Source: Eledone cirrhosa
Lineage: Eukaryota
DNA: 64,000 nucleotides
Direction: 5' to 3'
Assembly: GCA_964016885.1 (NCBI GenBank)
Contig: OZ024741.1
Span: 161,200,001 to 161,264,000, forward strand
Under the pieces are notes generated by a model that was not told where the DNA came from, did not search any database, and saw nothing but the letters and a program-made list of their open reading frames with translations. A program made the translations under genes and the position numbers. Below, one piece after another: positions 16,979 to 31,900 of this stretch. Every line of letters starts with the position of its first letter. The stretch's first letter is position 1.

Positions 16979-19900
16979 CTGCAGAATAAAGAAAAATACA
17001 AAAACAATAAGAAAATCATTTCATGTTATTAAAATAAGTTGGATTACTTTGAATAAATCATGAATGAATATTATATAATTTATCTAATAAATTTCTTAGC
17101 TCTTGATTAAGCATAAATAATCTTATATATAATGGATTGCTTATTTCAAGATTCACTTCTGTTAAAAGTTTCAAATGTCAGCTCCCATTATCAACGGTTT
17201 GTACATCGAGAATTCGTCCTCCAGGGCCAGACTGTTAATCGAGAGTTCTACTGCAACATTTTGAGGTGTTTCAAGGAGGACATTCGGAGAAAGCAACCAG
17301 ATCTGTGGAACACGAAGAATTGGATTCTTCATGATGACAATGCACCCTGTCACTGAGCTCTCCTCACTTGTGAGTTTCTTGCCTAAAACAACATTGTATT
17401 GCTTCTGCACCCTCCCTATTTGCCAGATTTAGCACCTGCAGACTTCCATCTCTTCTCTAAGCTGAAAATGTAGCTCAAAGGTTGCTGTTTTAACACTGTT
17501 GCCAAGATCCTGAGTGTATCGCAGAAGGTCCTTGACTCACTTACAGAAAACGACTTCCAGACCAGATTCCAAAAGTGGCAGGAATGCTGGGACCAGTGTA
17601 TTGCTGTGCAAGGTGACTATTCCAAAGGAGATGATGTTAAAACTTAGGTAAATATATTAGTTTTTTATAAGCATAACTAGTTTGGGAACTTTTTGATACT
17701 ACCTCGTATATATGGTTGATGACAGCTATGGGTCATAAGCAAAAAGAACAGGTTGTTAAACATATATTATAACACACACACTCACACAATCTCTCTCACA
17801 CACACATGCACACTTGCACACACACACACACATGTGTGTGTGCTGCAAACATTAAACAGTGATGATAATAACGATATTGGTTTGTTTTTGAAGTATTATG
17901 GAAAGTTGAAGATATGTTTGTTTTTTGAAAATCCAACACAATGCTTAAACTATATATATTAGAGGAATATGTTGGGTAAAATACACCTGGAGCTTTAACT
18001 GTTTAAGCTCTTGAAGCATTGAGTAAATTTGAAAATAAGTTTGTTTTAAAAAGAAAAGTTATAAAAGATATAACAAGGAAATAGATTAATATACAAAACA
18101 ACAACAACAAAAAACAAAACAAGACACATCCAAAAAACCATTACCTCTTTTAATCCCAATTCATCACTAAATTGTCTTGATATTCGAAGAAATGCAGACC
18201 AGGGTAGATTTTGATCTGCGTACCTGTAATAATAATAATAGTAATAATAATAATAATTGTTTCTATTTTAGGCACAAGCCCAGCAATTTAGAGGGAGGAG
18301 AAAGTCGATTAAATCAACCCCAGTACATTACTGGTGCTTTATTTTATTATCCCCATAAGGATGAAAGACAAAGCTAACCTCGGCAGGATTTGAACTCAGA
18401 ACGTAAAGGGTCGTAACTCTATGCCATGAAGCATGGAGTCTGACGCTTAACTGACTTTGCCAATCCACCACAATAATGATAATACAAAAGTCTTCTAATC
18501 AATGTATCCCCACAGGTGACAATATATCCATTAAAGAAATGGAGAAATTATCCACATATAAAGATCTGGAGATAGAAATAGCCCAAATGGGGATGATGAA
18601 AATGGAAACAATCCCTATAATAATCCCTCTGGGAATGATAAATAAAACATAAACAGATACATACATAACCAAAACCTCATGGACTTACAAATATATACCA
18701 CATACATAAAATAGCACTACTAGGCACTGCACACATATTACGAAGATTACATTCAATATAATAGAAATAACAACACCCCAAACCACACTGCACATACCCA
18801 AGGCACGCAGAGCTGTGCTCAGTAATGCAGTAATAACACAATAAAAATAAATCTAATATTAATAATAATAAAAATGATGGTTACTGCTAATAATAATTTC
18901 TTTATTGGCCACTGTAGCCTACATATGAGGCACAAATTAGCAACTTATTATCTTGCTGAAAACTTGGCCAGCTTTTGTTTATACTTTCCATATAATTGTT
19001 TCTAATTTAGGCACAAGGTCAGAAATTTGATGAGAGGGGAAAGCTGATTGTATTTACTCCAGTATTTTACTAGTACTTTATTTTATCAACCCTGGAAGGA
19101 TGAAAGGTAAAGTTGATCTCAGTGGGATTTGAACCTAGAATATAAAGACCTTGAACAAATACTGCAAAGTATTTGCCCGATGCTCTAATGACTCAGCAAT
19201 TCATCACCCTGATTATCTATATAATAAGACTCAAAGTTTGTCTGTTTATTTTGAAACAATGTTACCATTTCTCAACATATCCTCACAAAATCTGGCACAG
19301 AAGTCTAGATCTATCTGTGTTTATTAATTTGTGTGTATCTAAAGAGCTTCATAAACATTTATTATAAGTTAAGTCATTCAATTTTATTAAGAAAAATAAA
19401 ATAAAAACTCTACATATTCAGCATTTAGATAACACCTGGTAGCCCTGCTATTAGCCAGTAAAATTGCTGGACTAGAATGGAAAAAACAAAAAATAAACAA
19501 AGCCTTACTTTGTAGCAAGTTCATCCCAGTTTGATCGAATAAAATCCCAAACAATCTGTTCACCAATAGGATTGTGTGATATACTTATTATAACAGTGCT
19601 GACATCTTGATAACGGATTTTTTCTGGGTCCATGGACATTTTCAAATATCTGTGATTGTGAGAGAAATATAAGTGTGAAAAACAATAGTTCTACTTTAGG
19701 ATAAAAACAAACAAAAAACAAGACAAATAAAACCGCTTCAGGGATGAAATGATTCCAAACTAGTAAGACATACAGCAGTAAATTTGAATACTTGTTTATA
19801 AACCACTTATTTCTTGGTGCTTTCTTTAATTTTTAATATCCATAAAATTGGGTCAGAAAACACTAATAGAAGATAATTGTTTCTACTTTTGGCACAAGGC

Positions 19901-22900
19901 CAGCAATTACCCAGTATATTACTGGTACTTTATTTTATCGACCCCGTAAGGATGAAAGGCAAAGTTAACCTCGGCGGGATTTGAACTCAGATCGTAAAGG
20001 GACGGAACTCTTTGCATCAAAGCATGGCGTCCGACCCTCTACTGATACTGCCAAAACAGAAAATATCAAAGAGGGAATAAAGAAACGTTAGCCTTTTTAG
20101 AAATGCCTTTACTTATAATGCTCCTCCAAACCCACTAAAGGTGGCAGCACTGATATAATAGCTGTAGCTAAGATGGTTATGATGCTTGTATGTAGGATAG
20201 GGGTTGTACCTAGGATGATTATGATAGTTGAAGCTATGATGGTTGTAGGTAGGATGGTTATGATGGTTGTGGTTATGATGGTTGTAGGCAGGATGGTTAT
20301 GATGGTTGTGGTTATGATGGTTGTAAGTAGGATGGTTATGATGTTGTAGGCAGGATGGTTGTGATCCTGTAGGTAGGATGGTTATGATGGTTGTAGGTAG
20401 GATGGTTATAGGTAGGATGGTTATGATGGTTATAGGTAGGATGGTTATGATGGTTATAGGTAGGATGGTTATGATGGTTGTGGTTATGATGTTGTAGGTA
20501 GGATGGTTATGATGTTGTAGGCAGGATGGTTATGATGGTTGTAGGTAGGATGGTTATAGGTAGGATGGTTATGATGGTTATAGGAAGGATGGTTATGATG
20601 GTTGTGGTTATGATGGTTGTAGGTAGGATGGTTATGATGGTTGTAGGTAGGATGGTTATGATGGTTGTAGGTAGGATGGTTATAGGAAGGATGGTTATAA
20701 TGGTTATAGGTAGGATGGTTATGATGGTTGTGGTTATGATGGTTGTAGGTAGGATAGTTATGATGGTTATGATGGTTATAGGTAGGATGGTTATGATGGT
20801 TGTAGCTAGGATGGTTATGATGTTGTAGGCAGGATGGTTATGATGGTTGTAGGTAGGATGGTTATGATGGTTATAGGTAGGATGGTTATGATGGTTGTGG
20901 TTATGATGGTTGTAGGTAGGATAGTTATGATGGTTATGATGGTTATAGGTAGGATGGTTATGATGGTTGTAGCTAGGATGGTTATGATGTTGTAGGCAGG
21001 ATGGTTATGATGGTTGTAGGTAGGATGGTTATGATGGTTATAGGTAGGATGGTTATGATGGTTGTGGTTATGATGGTTGTAGGTAGGATGGTTATGATGG
21101 TTGTGGTTATGATGGTTGTAGGTAGGATGGTTGTGATCCTGTAGGTAGGATGGTTATGATGGTTGTAGGTAGGATGGTTATAGGAAGGATGGTTATGATG
21201 GTTATAGGTAGGATGGTTATGATGGTTGTGGTTATGATGGTTGTAGGTAGGATGGTTATAGGAAGGATGGTTATGATGGTTATAGGAAGGATGGTTATGA
21301 TGGTTGTAGGCAGGATGGTTATGATGGTTGTAGGTAGGATGGTTATGATGGTTGTAGGCAGGATGGTTATAGGTAGGATGGTTATGATGGTTGTAGGTAG
21401 GATGGTTATGATGGTTGTAGGTAGGATGGTTATGATGGTTGTAGGTAGGATGGTTATGATGGTTGTAGGTAGGATGGTTATGATGGTTGTAGGTAGGATG
21501 GTTATGATGGTTGTAGCTAGGATGGTTATGATGGTTGTAGGTAGGATGGTTATGATGGTTGTGGGTAGGATGGTTATGATGGTTGTAGGTAGGATGGTTA
21601 TGATGGTTGTAGGTAGGATGGTTATGATGGTTGTAGGTAGGATGGTTATGATGGTTGTAGGTAGGATGGTTATGATGGTTGTAGGTAGGATGGTTATGAT
21701 GGTTGTAGCTAGGATGGTTATGATGGTTGTAGCTAGGATGGTTATGATGGTTGTAGGTAGGATGGTTATGATGGTTGTGGGTAGGATGGTTATGATGGTT
21801 GTAGGTAGGATGGTTATGATGGTTGTAGGTAGGATGGTTATGATGGTTGTAGGTAGGATGGTTATGATGGTTGTAGGTAGGATGGTTGTAGGTAGGATGG
21901 TTGTAGGTAGGATGGTTATGATGGTTGTAGGTAGGATGGTTATGATGGTTGTAGGTAGGATGGTTATGATGGTTGTAGGTAGGATGGTTATGATGGTTGT
22001 AGGTAGGATGGTTATGATGGTTGTAGGTAGGATGGTTATGATGGTTGTAGGTAGGATGGTTATGATGGTTGTAGGTAGGATGGTTATGATGGTTGTAGGT
22101 AGGATGGTTATGATGGTTGTAGGTAGGATGGTTATGATGGTTGTAGGTAGGATGGTTGTAGGTAGGATGGTTGTAGGTAGGATGGTTATGATGGTTGTAG
22201 GTAGGATGGTTATGATGGTTGTAGGTAGGATGGTTATGATGGTTGTAGGTAGGATGGTTATGATGGTTGTAGGTAGGATGGTTATGATGGTTGTAGGCAG
22301 GATGGTTATAGGTAGGATGGTTATGATGGTTGTAGGTAGGATGGTTATGATGGTTGTAGGTAGGATGGTTATGATGGTTGTAGGTAGGATGGTTATGATG
22401 GTTGTAGGTAGGATGGTTATGATGGTTGTAGGTAGGATGGTTATGATGGTTGTAGGTAGGATGGTTGTAGGTAGGATGGTTATGATGGTTGTAGGTAGGA
22501 TGGTTATGATGGTTGTAGGTAGGATGGTTATGATGGTTGTAGGTAGGATGGTTATGATGGTTGTAGGTAGGATGGTTATGATGGTTGTAGGTAGGATGGT
22601 TATGATGGTTGTAGGTAGGATGGTTATGATGGTTGTAGGTAGGATGGTTATGATGGTTGTAGGTAGGATGGTTATGATGGTTGTAGGTAGGATGGTTATG
22701 ATGGTTGTAGGTAGGATGGTTATGATGGTTGTAGGTAGGATGGTTATGATGGTTGTAGGTAGGATGGTTATGATGGTTGTAGGTAGGATGGTTGTAGGTA
22801 GGATGGTTGTAGGTAGGATGGTTATGATGGTTGTAGGTAGGATGGTTGTAGGTAGGATGGTTGTAGGTAGGATGGTTGTAGGTAGGATGGTTGTAGGTAG

Positions 22901-25900
22901 GATGGTTATGATGGTTGTAGGTAGGATGGTTGTAGGTAGGATGGTTGTAGGTAGGATGGTTATGATGGTTGTAGGTAGGATGGTTATGATGGTTGTAGGT
23001 AGGATGGTTATGATGGTTGTAGGTAGGATGGTTATGATGGTTGTAGGTAGGATGGTTATGATGGTTGTAGGTAGGATGGTTATGATGGTTGTAGGTAGGA
23101 TGGTTATGATGGTTGTAGGTAGGATGGTTATGATGGTTGTAGGTAGGATGGTTATGATGGTTGTAGGTAGGATGGTTGTAGGTAGGATGGTTGTAGGTAG
23201 GATGGTTATGATGGTTGTAGGTAGGATGGTTATGATGGTTGTAGGTAGGATGGTTATGATGGTTGTAGGTAGGATGGTTATGATGGTTGTAGGTAGGATG
23301 GTTATGATGGTTGTAGGTAGGATGGTTATGATGGTTGTAGGTAGGATGGTTATGATGGTTGTAGGTAGGATGGTTATGATGGTTGTAGGTAGGATGGTTA
23401 TGATGGTTGTAGGTAGGATGGTTATGATGGTTGTAGGTAGGATGGTTATGATGGTTGTAGGTAGGATGGTTGTAGGTAGGATGGTTGTAGGTAGGATGGT
23501 TATGATGGTTGTAGGTAGGATGGTTATGATGGTTGTAGGTAGGATGGTTATGATGGTTGTAGGTAGGATGGTTATGATGGTTGTAGGTAGGATGGTTATG
23601 ATGGTTGTAGGTAGGATGGTTATGATGGTTGTAGGTAGGATGGTTATGATGGTTGTAGGTAGGATGGTTATGATGGTTGTAGGTAGGATGGTTATGATGG
23701 TTGTAGCTAGGATGGTTATGATGGTTGTAGGTAGGATGGTTATGATGGTTGTGGGTAGGATGGTTATGATGGTTGTAGGTAGGATGGTTATGATGGTTGT
23801 AGGTAGGATGGTTATGATGGTTGTAGGTAGGATGGTTATGATGGTTGTAGGTAGGATGGTTATGATGGTTGTAGGTAGGATGGTTATGATGGTTGTAGCT
23901 AGGATGGTTATGATGGTTGTAGCTAGGATGGTTATGATGGTTGTAGGTAGGATGGTTATGATGGTTGTGGGTAGGATGGTTATGATGGTTGTAGGTAGGA
24001 TGGTTATGATGGTTGTAGGTAGGATGGTTATGATGGTTGTAGGTAGGATGGTTGTAGGTAGGATGGTTGTAGGTAGGATGGTTATGATGGTTGTAGGTAG
24101 GATGGTTATGATGGTTGTAGGTAGGATGGTTATGATGGTTGTAGGTAGGATGGTTATGATGGTTGTAGGTAGGATGGTTATGATGGTTGTAGGTAGGATG
24201 GTTATGATGGTTGTAGGTAGGATGGTTATGATGGTTGTAGGTAGGATGGTTATGATGGTTGTAGCTAGGATGGTTATGATGGTTGTAGCTAGGATGGTTA
24301 TGATGGTTGTAGGTAGGATGGTTATGATGGTTGTGGGTAGGATGGTTGTAGGTAGGATGGTTGTAGGTAGGATGGTTATGATGGTTGTAGGAAGGATGGT
24401 TATGATGGTTGTAGGCAGGATGGTTATGATGGTTGTAGGTAGGATGGTTATGATGGTTGTAGGCAGGATGGTTATAGGTAGGATGGTTATGATGGTTGTA
24501 GGTAGGATGGTTATGATGGTTGTAGGTAGGATGGTTATGATGGTTGTAGGTAGGATGGTTATGATGGTTGTAGGTAGGATGGTTATGATGGTTGTAGGCA
24601 GGATGGTTATAGGTAGGATGGTTATGATGGTTGTAGGTAGGATGGTTATGATGGTTGTAGGTAGGATGGTTATGATGGTTGTAGGTAGGATGGTTATGAT
24701 GGTTGTAGGCAGGATGGTTATAGGTAGGATGGTTATGATGGTTGTAGGTAGGATGGTTATGATGGTTGTAGGTAGGATGGTTATGATGGTTGTAGGTAGG
24801 ATGGTTATGATGGTTGTAGGCAGGATGGTTATAGGTAGGATGGTTATGATGGTTGTAGGTAGGATGGTTATGATGGTTGTAGGTAGGATGGTTATGATGG
24901 TTGTAGGCAGGATGGTTATAGGTAGGATGGTTATGATGGTTGTAGGTAGGATGGTTATGATGGTTGTAGGTAGGATGGTTATGATGGTTGTAGGTAGGAT
25001 GGTTATGATGGTTGTAGGCAGGATGGTTATAGGTAGGATGGTTATGATGGTTGTAGGTAGGATGGTTATGATGGTTGTAGGTAGGATGGTTATGATGGTT
25101 GTAGGTAGGATGGTTATGATGGTTGTAGGCAGGATGGTTATAGGTAGGATGGTTATGATGGTTGTAGGTAGGATGGTTATGATGGTTGTAGGTAGGATGG
25201 TTATGATGGTTGTAGGTAGGATGGTTATGATGGTTGTAGGTAGGATGGTTATGATGGTTGTAGGTAGGATGGTTGTAGGTAGGATGGTTATGATGGTTGT
25301 AGGAAGGATGGTTATGATGGTTGTAGGCAGGATGGTTATGATGGTTGTAGGTAGGATGGTTATGATGGTTGTAGGCAGGATGGTTATAGGTAGGATGGTT
25401 ATGATGGTTGTAGGTAGGATGGTTATGATGGTTGTAGGTAGGATGGTTATGATGGTTGTAGGTAGGATGGTTATGATGGTTGTAGGTAGGATGGTTATGA
25501 TGGTTGTAGGCAGGATGGTTATAGGTAGGATGGTTATGATGGTTGTAGGTAGGATGGTTATGATGGTTGTAGGTAGGATGGTTGTAGGTAGGATGGTTGT
25601 AGGTAGGATGGTTGTAGGTAGGATGGTTATGATGGTTGTAGGTAGGATGGTTATGATGGTTGTAGGTAGGATGGTTATGATGGTTGTAGGTAGGATGGTT
25701 ATGATGGTTGTAGGCAGGATGGTTATAGGTAGGATGGTTATGATGGTTGTAGGTAGGATGGTTATGATGGTTGTAGGTAGGATGGTTATGATGGTTGTAG
25801 GCAGGATGGTTATGATGGTTGTAGGTAGGATGGTTATGATGGTTGTAGGCAGGATGGTTATAGGTAGGATGGTTATGATGGTTGTAGGTAGGATGGTTAT

Positions 25901-28900
25901 GATGGTTGTAGGTAGGATGGTTATGATGGTTGTAGGTAGGATGGTTATGATGGTTGTAGGTAGGATGGTTATGATGGTTGTAGGTAGGATGGTTATGATG
26001 GTTGTAGGTAGGATGGTTATGATGGTTGTAGGTAGGATGGTTATGATGGTTGTAGGTAGGATGGTTATGATGGTTGTAGCTAGGATGGTTATGATGGTTG
26101 TAGCTAGGATGGTTATGATGGTTGTAGGTAGGATGGTTATGATGGTTGTGGGTAGGATGGTTATGATGGTTGTAGGTAGGATGGTTATGATGGTTGTAGG
26201 TAGGATGGTTATGATGGTTGTAGGTAGGATGGTTGTAGGTAGGATGGTTGTAGGTAGGATGGTTATGATGGTTGTAGGTAGGATGGTTATGATGGTTGTA
26301 GGTAGGATGGTTGTAGGTAGGATGGTTATGATGGTTGTAGGAAGGATGGTTATGATGGTTGTAGGCAGGATGGTTATGATGGTTGTAGGTAGGATGGTTA
26401 TGATGGTTGTAGGCAGGATGGTTATAGGTAGGATGGTTATGATGGTTGTAGGTAGGATGGTTATGATGGTTGTAGGTAGGATGGTTATGATGGTTGTAGG
26501 TAGGATGGTTATGATGGTTGTAGGTAGGATGGTTATGATGGTTGTAGGCAGGATGGTTATAGGTAGGATGGTTATGATGGTTGTAGGTAGGATGGTTATG
26601 ATGGTTGTAGGTAGGATGGTTGTAGGTAGGATGGTTGTAGGTAGGATGGTTGTAGGTAGGATGGTTGTAGGTAGGATGGTTATGATGGTTGTAGGAAGGA
26701 TGGTTATGATGGTTGTAGGCAGGATGGTTATGATGGTTGTAGGTAGGATGGTTATGATGGTTGTAGGCAGGATGGTTATAGGTAGGATGGTTATGATGGT
26801 TGTAGGTAGGATGGTTATGATGGTTGTAGGTAGGATGGTTATGATGGTTGTAGGTAGGATGGTTATGATGGTTGTAGGTAGGATGGTTATGATGGTTGTA
26901 GGTAGGATGGTTATGATGGTTGTAGGTAGGATGGTTATGATGGTTGTAGGTAGGATGGTTATGATGGTTGTAGGTAGGATGGTTATGATGGTTGTAGCTA
27001 GGATGGTTATGATGGTTGTAGCTAGGATGGTTATGATGGTTGTAGGTAGGATGGTTATGATGGTTGTGGGTAGGATGGTTATGATGGTTGTAGGTAGGAT
27101 GGTTATGATGGTTGTAGGTAGGATGGTTATGATGGTTGTAGGTAGGATGGTTGTAGGTAGGATGGTTGTAGGTAGGATGGTTATGATGGTTGTAGGTAGG
27201 ATGGTTATGATGGTTGTAGGTAGGATGGTTATGATGGTTGTAGGTAGGATGGTTATGATGGTTGTAGGTAGGATGGTTATGATGGTTGTAGGTAGGATGG
27301 TTATGATGGTTGTAGGTAGGATGGTTATGATGGTTGTAGGTAGGATGGTTATGATGGTTGTAGCTAGGATGGTTATGATGGTTGTAGCTAGGATGGTTAT
27401 GATGGTTGTAGGTAGGATGGTTATGATGGTTGTGGGTAGGATGGTTGTAGGTAGGATGGTTGTAGGTAGGATGGTTGTAGGTAGGATGGTTATAGGTAGG
27501 ATGGTTATGATGGTTGTAGGTAGGATGGTTAGCATGGTTGTAGCTAGGATGGTTATGATGGTTGTAGGTAGGATGGTTATGATGGTTGTAGGTAGGATGG
27601 TTATGATGGTTGTGATGGTAGGATGGTTATGATGGTTGTGATGGTTGTAGGTAGGATGGTTATGATGGTTATGATGGTTGTAGGTAGGATGGTTGTAATG
27701 GTTGTAGGTAGGATGGTTATGATGGTTGTAGGCAGGATGGTTATGATGGTTGTAGGTAGGATGGTTGTAATGGTTGTAGGTAGGATGGTTATGATGGTTG
27801 TAGGCAGGATGGTTATGATGGTTGTAGGTGTGATGGTTGTGATGGTAGGATGGTTATGATGGTTGTAGGCAGGATGGTTATGATGGTTGTAGGTAGGATG
27901 GTTGTGATGGTTGTGATGGTTATGATGGTTGTAGGCAGGATGGTTATGATGGTTGTGATGGTAGGATGGTTATGATGGTTGTGATGGTAGGATGGTTATG
28001 ATGGTTGTAGGCAGGATGGTTATAGGTAGGATGGTTGTAGGTAGGATGGTTATGATGGTTATAGGTAGGATGGTTATGATGGTTATAGGTAGGATGGTTA
28101 TGATGGTTGTGGTTATGATGTTGTAGGTAGGATGGTTATGATGGTTGTAGGTAGGATGGTTATGATGGTTGTAGGTAGGATGGTTATAGGTAGGATGGTT
28201 ATGATGGTTATAGGTAGGATGGTTATGATGGTTGTGGTTATGATGGTTGTAGGTAGGATGGTTATGATGGTTGTGGTTATGATGGTTGTAGGTAGGATGG
28301 TTATGATGGTTATAGGTAGGATGGTTATGATGGTTGTAGGTAGGATGGTTATGATGGTTGTAGGTAGGATGGTTATGATGGTTGTAGGTAGGATGGTTAT
28401 GATGGTTGTAGGTAGGATGGTTATGATGGTTATAGGTAGGATGGTTATGATGGTTGTAGGTAGGATGGTTATGATGGTTGTAGGTAGGATGGTTATGATG
28501 TTGTAGGCAGGATGGTTATGATGGTTGTAAGTAGGATGGTTATGATGGTTGTAGGCAGGATGGTTATAGGTAGGATGGTTATGATGGTTATAGGTAGGAT
28601 GGTTATGATGTTGTAGGCAGGATGGTTATGATGGTTGTAAGTAGGATGGTTATGATGGTTGTAGGCAGGATGGTTATAGGTAGGATGGTTATGATGGTTG
28701 TAGGTAGGATGGTTAGGATGGTTGTAGCTAGGATGGTTATGATGGTTGTAGGTAGGATGGTTATGATGGTTGTAGGTAGGATGGTTATGATGGTTATAGG
28801 TAGGATGGTTATGATGTTGTAGGCAGGATGGTTATGATGGTTGTAAGTAGGATGGTTATGATGGTTGTAGGCAGGATGGTTATAGGTAGGATGGTTGTAG

Positions 28901-31900
28901 GTAGGATGGTTATGATGGTTGTAGGTAGGATGGTTATGATGGTTGTAGCTAGGATGGTTATGATGGTTGTAGGTAGGATGGTTATGATGGTTGTAGGTAG
29001 GATGGTTATGATGGTTGTAGGTAGGATGGTTATGATGGTTGTAGGTAGGATGGTTATGATGGTTGTAGGTAGGATGGTTGTGATGGTTGTAGGCAGGATG
29101 GTTAGCATGGTTGTAGCTAGGATGGTTATGATGGTTGTAGGTAGGATGGTTGTGATGGTTGTAGGCAGGATGGTTAGCATGGTTGTAGCTAGGATGGTTA
29201 TGATGGTTGTAGGTAGGATGGTTGTGATGGTTGTAGGCAGGATGGTTAGCATGGTTGTAGCTAGGATGGTTATGATGGTTGTAGGTAGGATGGTTATGAT
29301 GGTTGTAGGCAGGATGGTTATAGGTAGGATGGTTATGATGGTTGTAGGTAGGATGGTTATGATGGTTGTAGGTAGGATGGATATGATGGTTGTAGGTAGG
29401 ATGGTTATGATGGTTGTAGGTAGGATGGTTATGATGGTTGTGATGGTAGGATGGTTATGATGGTTGTGATGGTTGTAGGTAGGATGGTTATGATGGTTAT
29501 GATGGGTGTAGGTAGGATGGTTGTAATGGTTGTAGGTAGGATGGTTATGATGGTTGTAGGCAGGATGGTTATGATGGGTGTAGTTAGGATGGTTGTAGTT
29601 AGGATGGTTATGATGGTTGTAGGTAGGATGGTTATGATGGTTGTAGGTAGGATGGTTATGATGTTGTAGGTAGGATGGTTATGATGTTGTAGGTAGGATG
29701 GTTATGATGTTGTAGGTAGGATGGTTATGATGGTTGTAGGTAGGATGGTTATAGGTAGGATGGTTATGATGTTGTAGGTAGGATGGTTGTGATGGTTGTA
29801 GGTAGGATGGTTGTAGCTAGGATGGTTATTAGTCATGATGAGAATGAAAATGGTTAAAGTTGTAATGGTTAGAATAGTAAACTCCTTTCTGCCTATGATC
29901 CATTCTTCAAAAGTTTGAATAGATCTAGAAATGTTTCTTTAGAATGTTCTCTCATTTGAATAATCTTATCTCCTAATTCCCTAAAGACTCAAACAGTTAA
30001 CTCCCTTGATGGACGAATTTGTAAAGCACTAGACAAAATATGTGTAGTATTTGATTATGTACCTCTACATTCTGAGTTCAAATCTTGTCCAGGTCTATAT
30101 TGCTTATCCTCCAAAGGTTGATAACGGAAGTATTTTGGTCAATCTAATCAACTATGATAGATACTCTATCAGTTCCAACAATTACAATTCAGTGGTTCAA
30201 TCAATATAATTTCCAAATCAAATCAGCATGACACAATATATGACAAGGCTGAACGTTTGAATTACAGGTACAATCCATGTGATATGGTTGCCTGAGAATA
30301 TGATAAAAACCCTTGCTCAGTGACTCACACAGTGGGAGTGAATCCAGGGCCTCATTATTGCAAAGCAAACTTCTTAACCATTCAGTCATGCCTGTATCTG
30401 ACTACAGCTTAAAACTGGTGTCATCATCATCATCATTTTACGTCTGCTTTTCCCTGCTTGCAAGGGTGGGACAGGAACTGATTCTGGCTTGATTTCTAGA
30501 GCTAGATGCCCTTCCTTATACCAACCTCATTTACAGTGAGTGCTGGGTGCTTTTTTGCCATGGCACCTCCACGACCACTTTGCAGTGGAATGATAGGGAC
30601 CCCAGTCCCTATCATCTCATTTCTACAGCTGAGTAAACTGGAGCAATGTGAAATAAAGTGTCTTGCTCAAGGAAACAACACATCACCCAGTCTGAGAATT
30701 GAACTCACAACCTTTCGATTGCAAGGCCAATGCTCTAACCACTAAGCCATGTGGCTCCATGTAGTCACAATTCAAAACTGAACCTAGTTAAAAATATAAT
30801 TATAAAAGAACAACTCTATGTGACATGGGCTGGCCAAGCTATCATGGCCCGAGGCTAGACTGGTCAGAGAGACCTCATTTTTCTTATATGTTCCATATTT
30901 GGTATGGTTTCTATGCCTGGAAACCCTTTCTAACATCAACCACATTACAAGGTATATTGTGTGTTTTGTTATGGAACAGGCACTATCACTTTATAGAGTA
31001 GGTTTGATACCATCACTAGAGAGGTTGTCATATGCACGACCAAACTGAAAGTCCTCTCTACCCTTTATTGTCTCCATTTGATCCCCAGGAGTGTACTGGA
31101 TGCATTCTATCATAGCACAGATTATTTCATTGTATAAAGGCACATAGCCCTCTACATTCCATATATTCTCCAATCTCTTACCATATTTACAGTATAATTA
31201 TTTAGATATTTAATTAGAAATAAGGTCACAAAAGAGTTAAGCTCTGAAATAGGTAACGTAAACTTACTTGTTGAGTAGCCAAGGATATCTGGTACAGGAA
31301 AGTGCATCCAGGATTAAAGATTTAGTATTGGCCACATTAGATGTCTTGTAGATGTTGTAAACATGGTCCCATTCTTCTTCTCCACCATAACGGATCCCGA
31401 TGCAGTAGGTAAAATAATTCAGATCAGGTTCCAAACTAGAAATAATTCATAGGAACCGAAATTATATTTTCATTTCATTTTCCATTGTGTGAAAGAAAGA
31501 AATATATACACATATATACATACTTACATACAGAATCATATGCATATAATACATACATACACAAATACAAAACATACATAAATATATACAAGCATATGAG
31601 CATTTATATCTCGCAACCAGTGCATCAATATATTTATGTATATATATATAATATAATATAATATATATATATATATATGTATATGTATATATATATGGTG
31701 ATATTGGGGTATTCCAATATAGATCCTGATAAAGATGAGAGAAGCTCGATGCTATCCAGTTTCCTTGATACAACAGTAATCTAAAATTGGCTAAGGATTT
31801 TCTCAGCGGTTGGAAATCTTGCTGTAGGCAGTTAGGATACAGGTTGCAGAGCTCATAAATTAGCAATTGAAAAAAGAATCATGTTTTACTTAAAACATAT

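Noticed and set aside
21107-27632. 2142-aa and 2160-aa ORFs as mucin-like or structural proteins
   Set aside because: Pure satellite with no signal peptide or unique domain, frames broken at the array edges, and the flanking aminopeptidase exons splice in phase without it.
20170-29830. Interstitial telomeric repeat
   Set aside because: G/T-rich but the unit is not TTAGGG or TTAGG.
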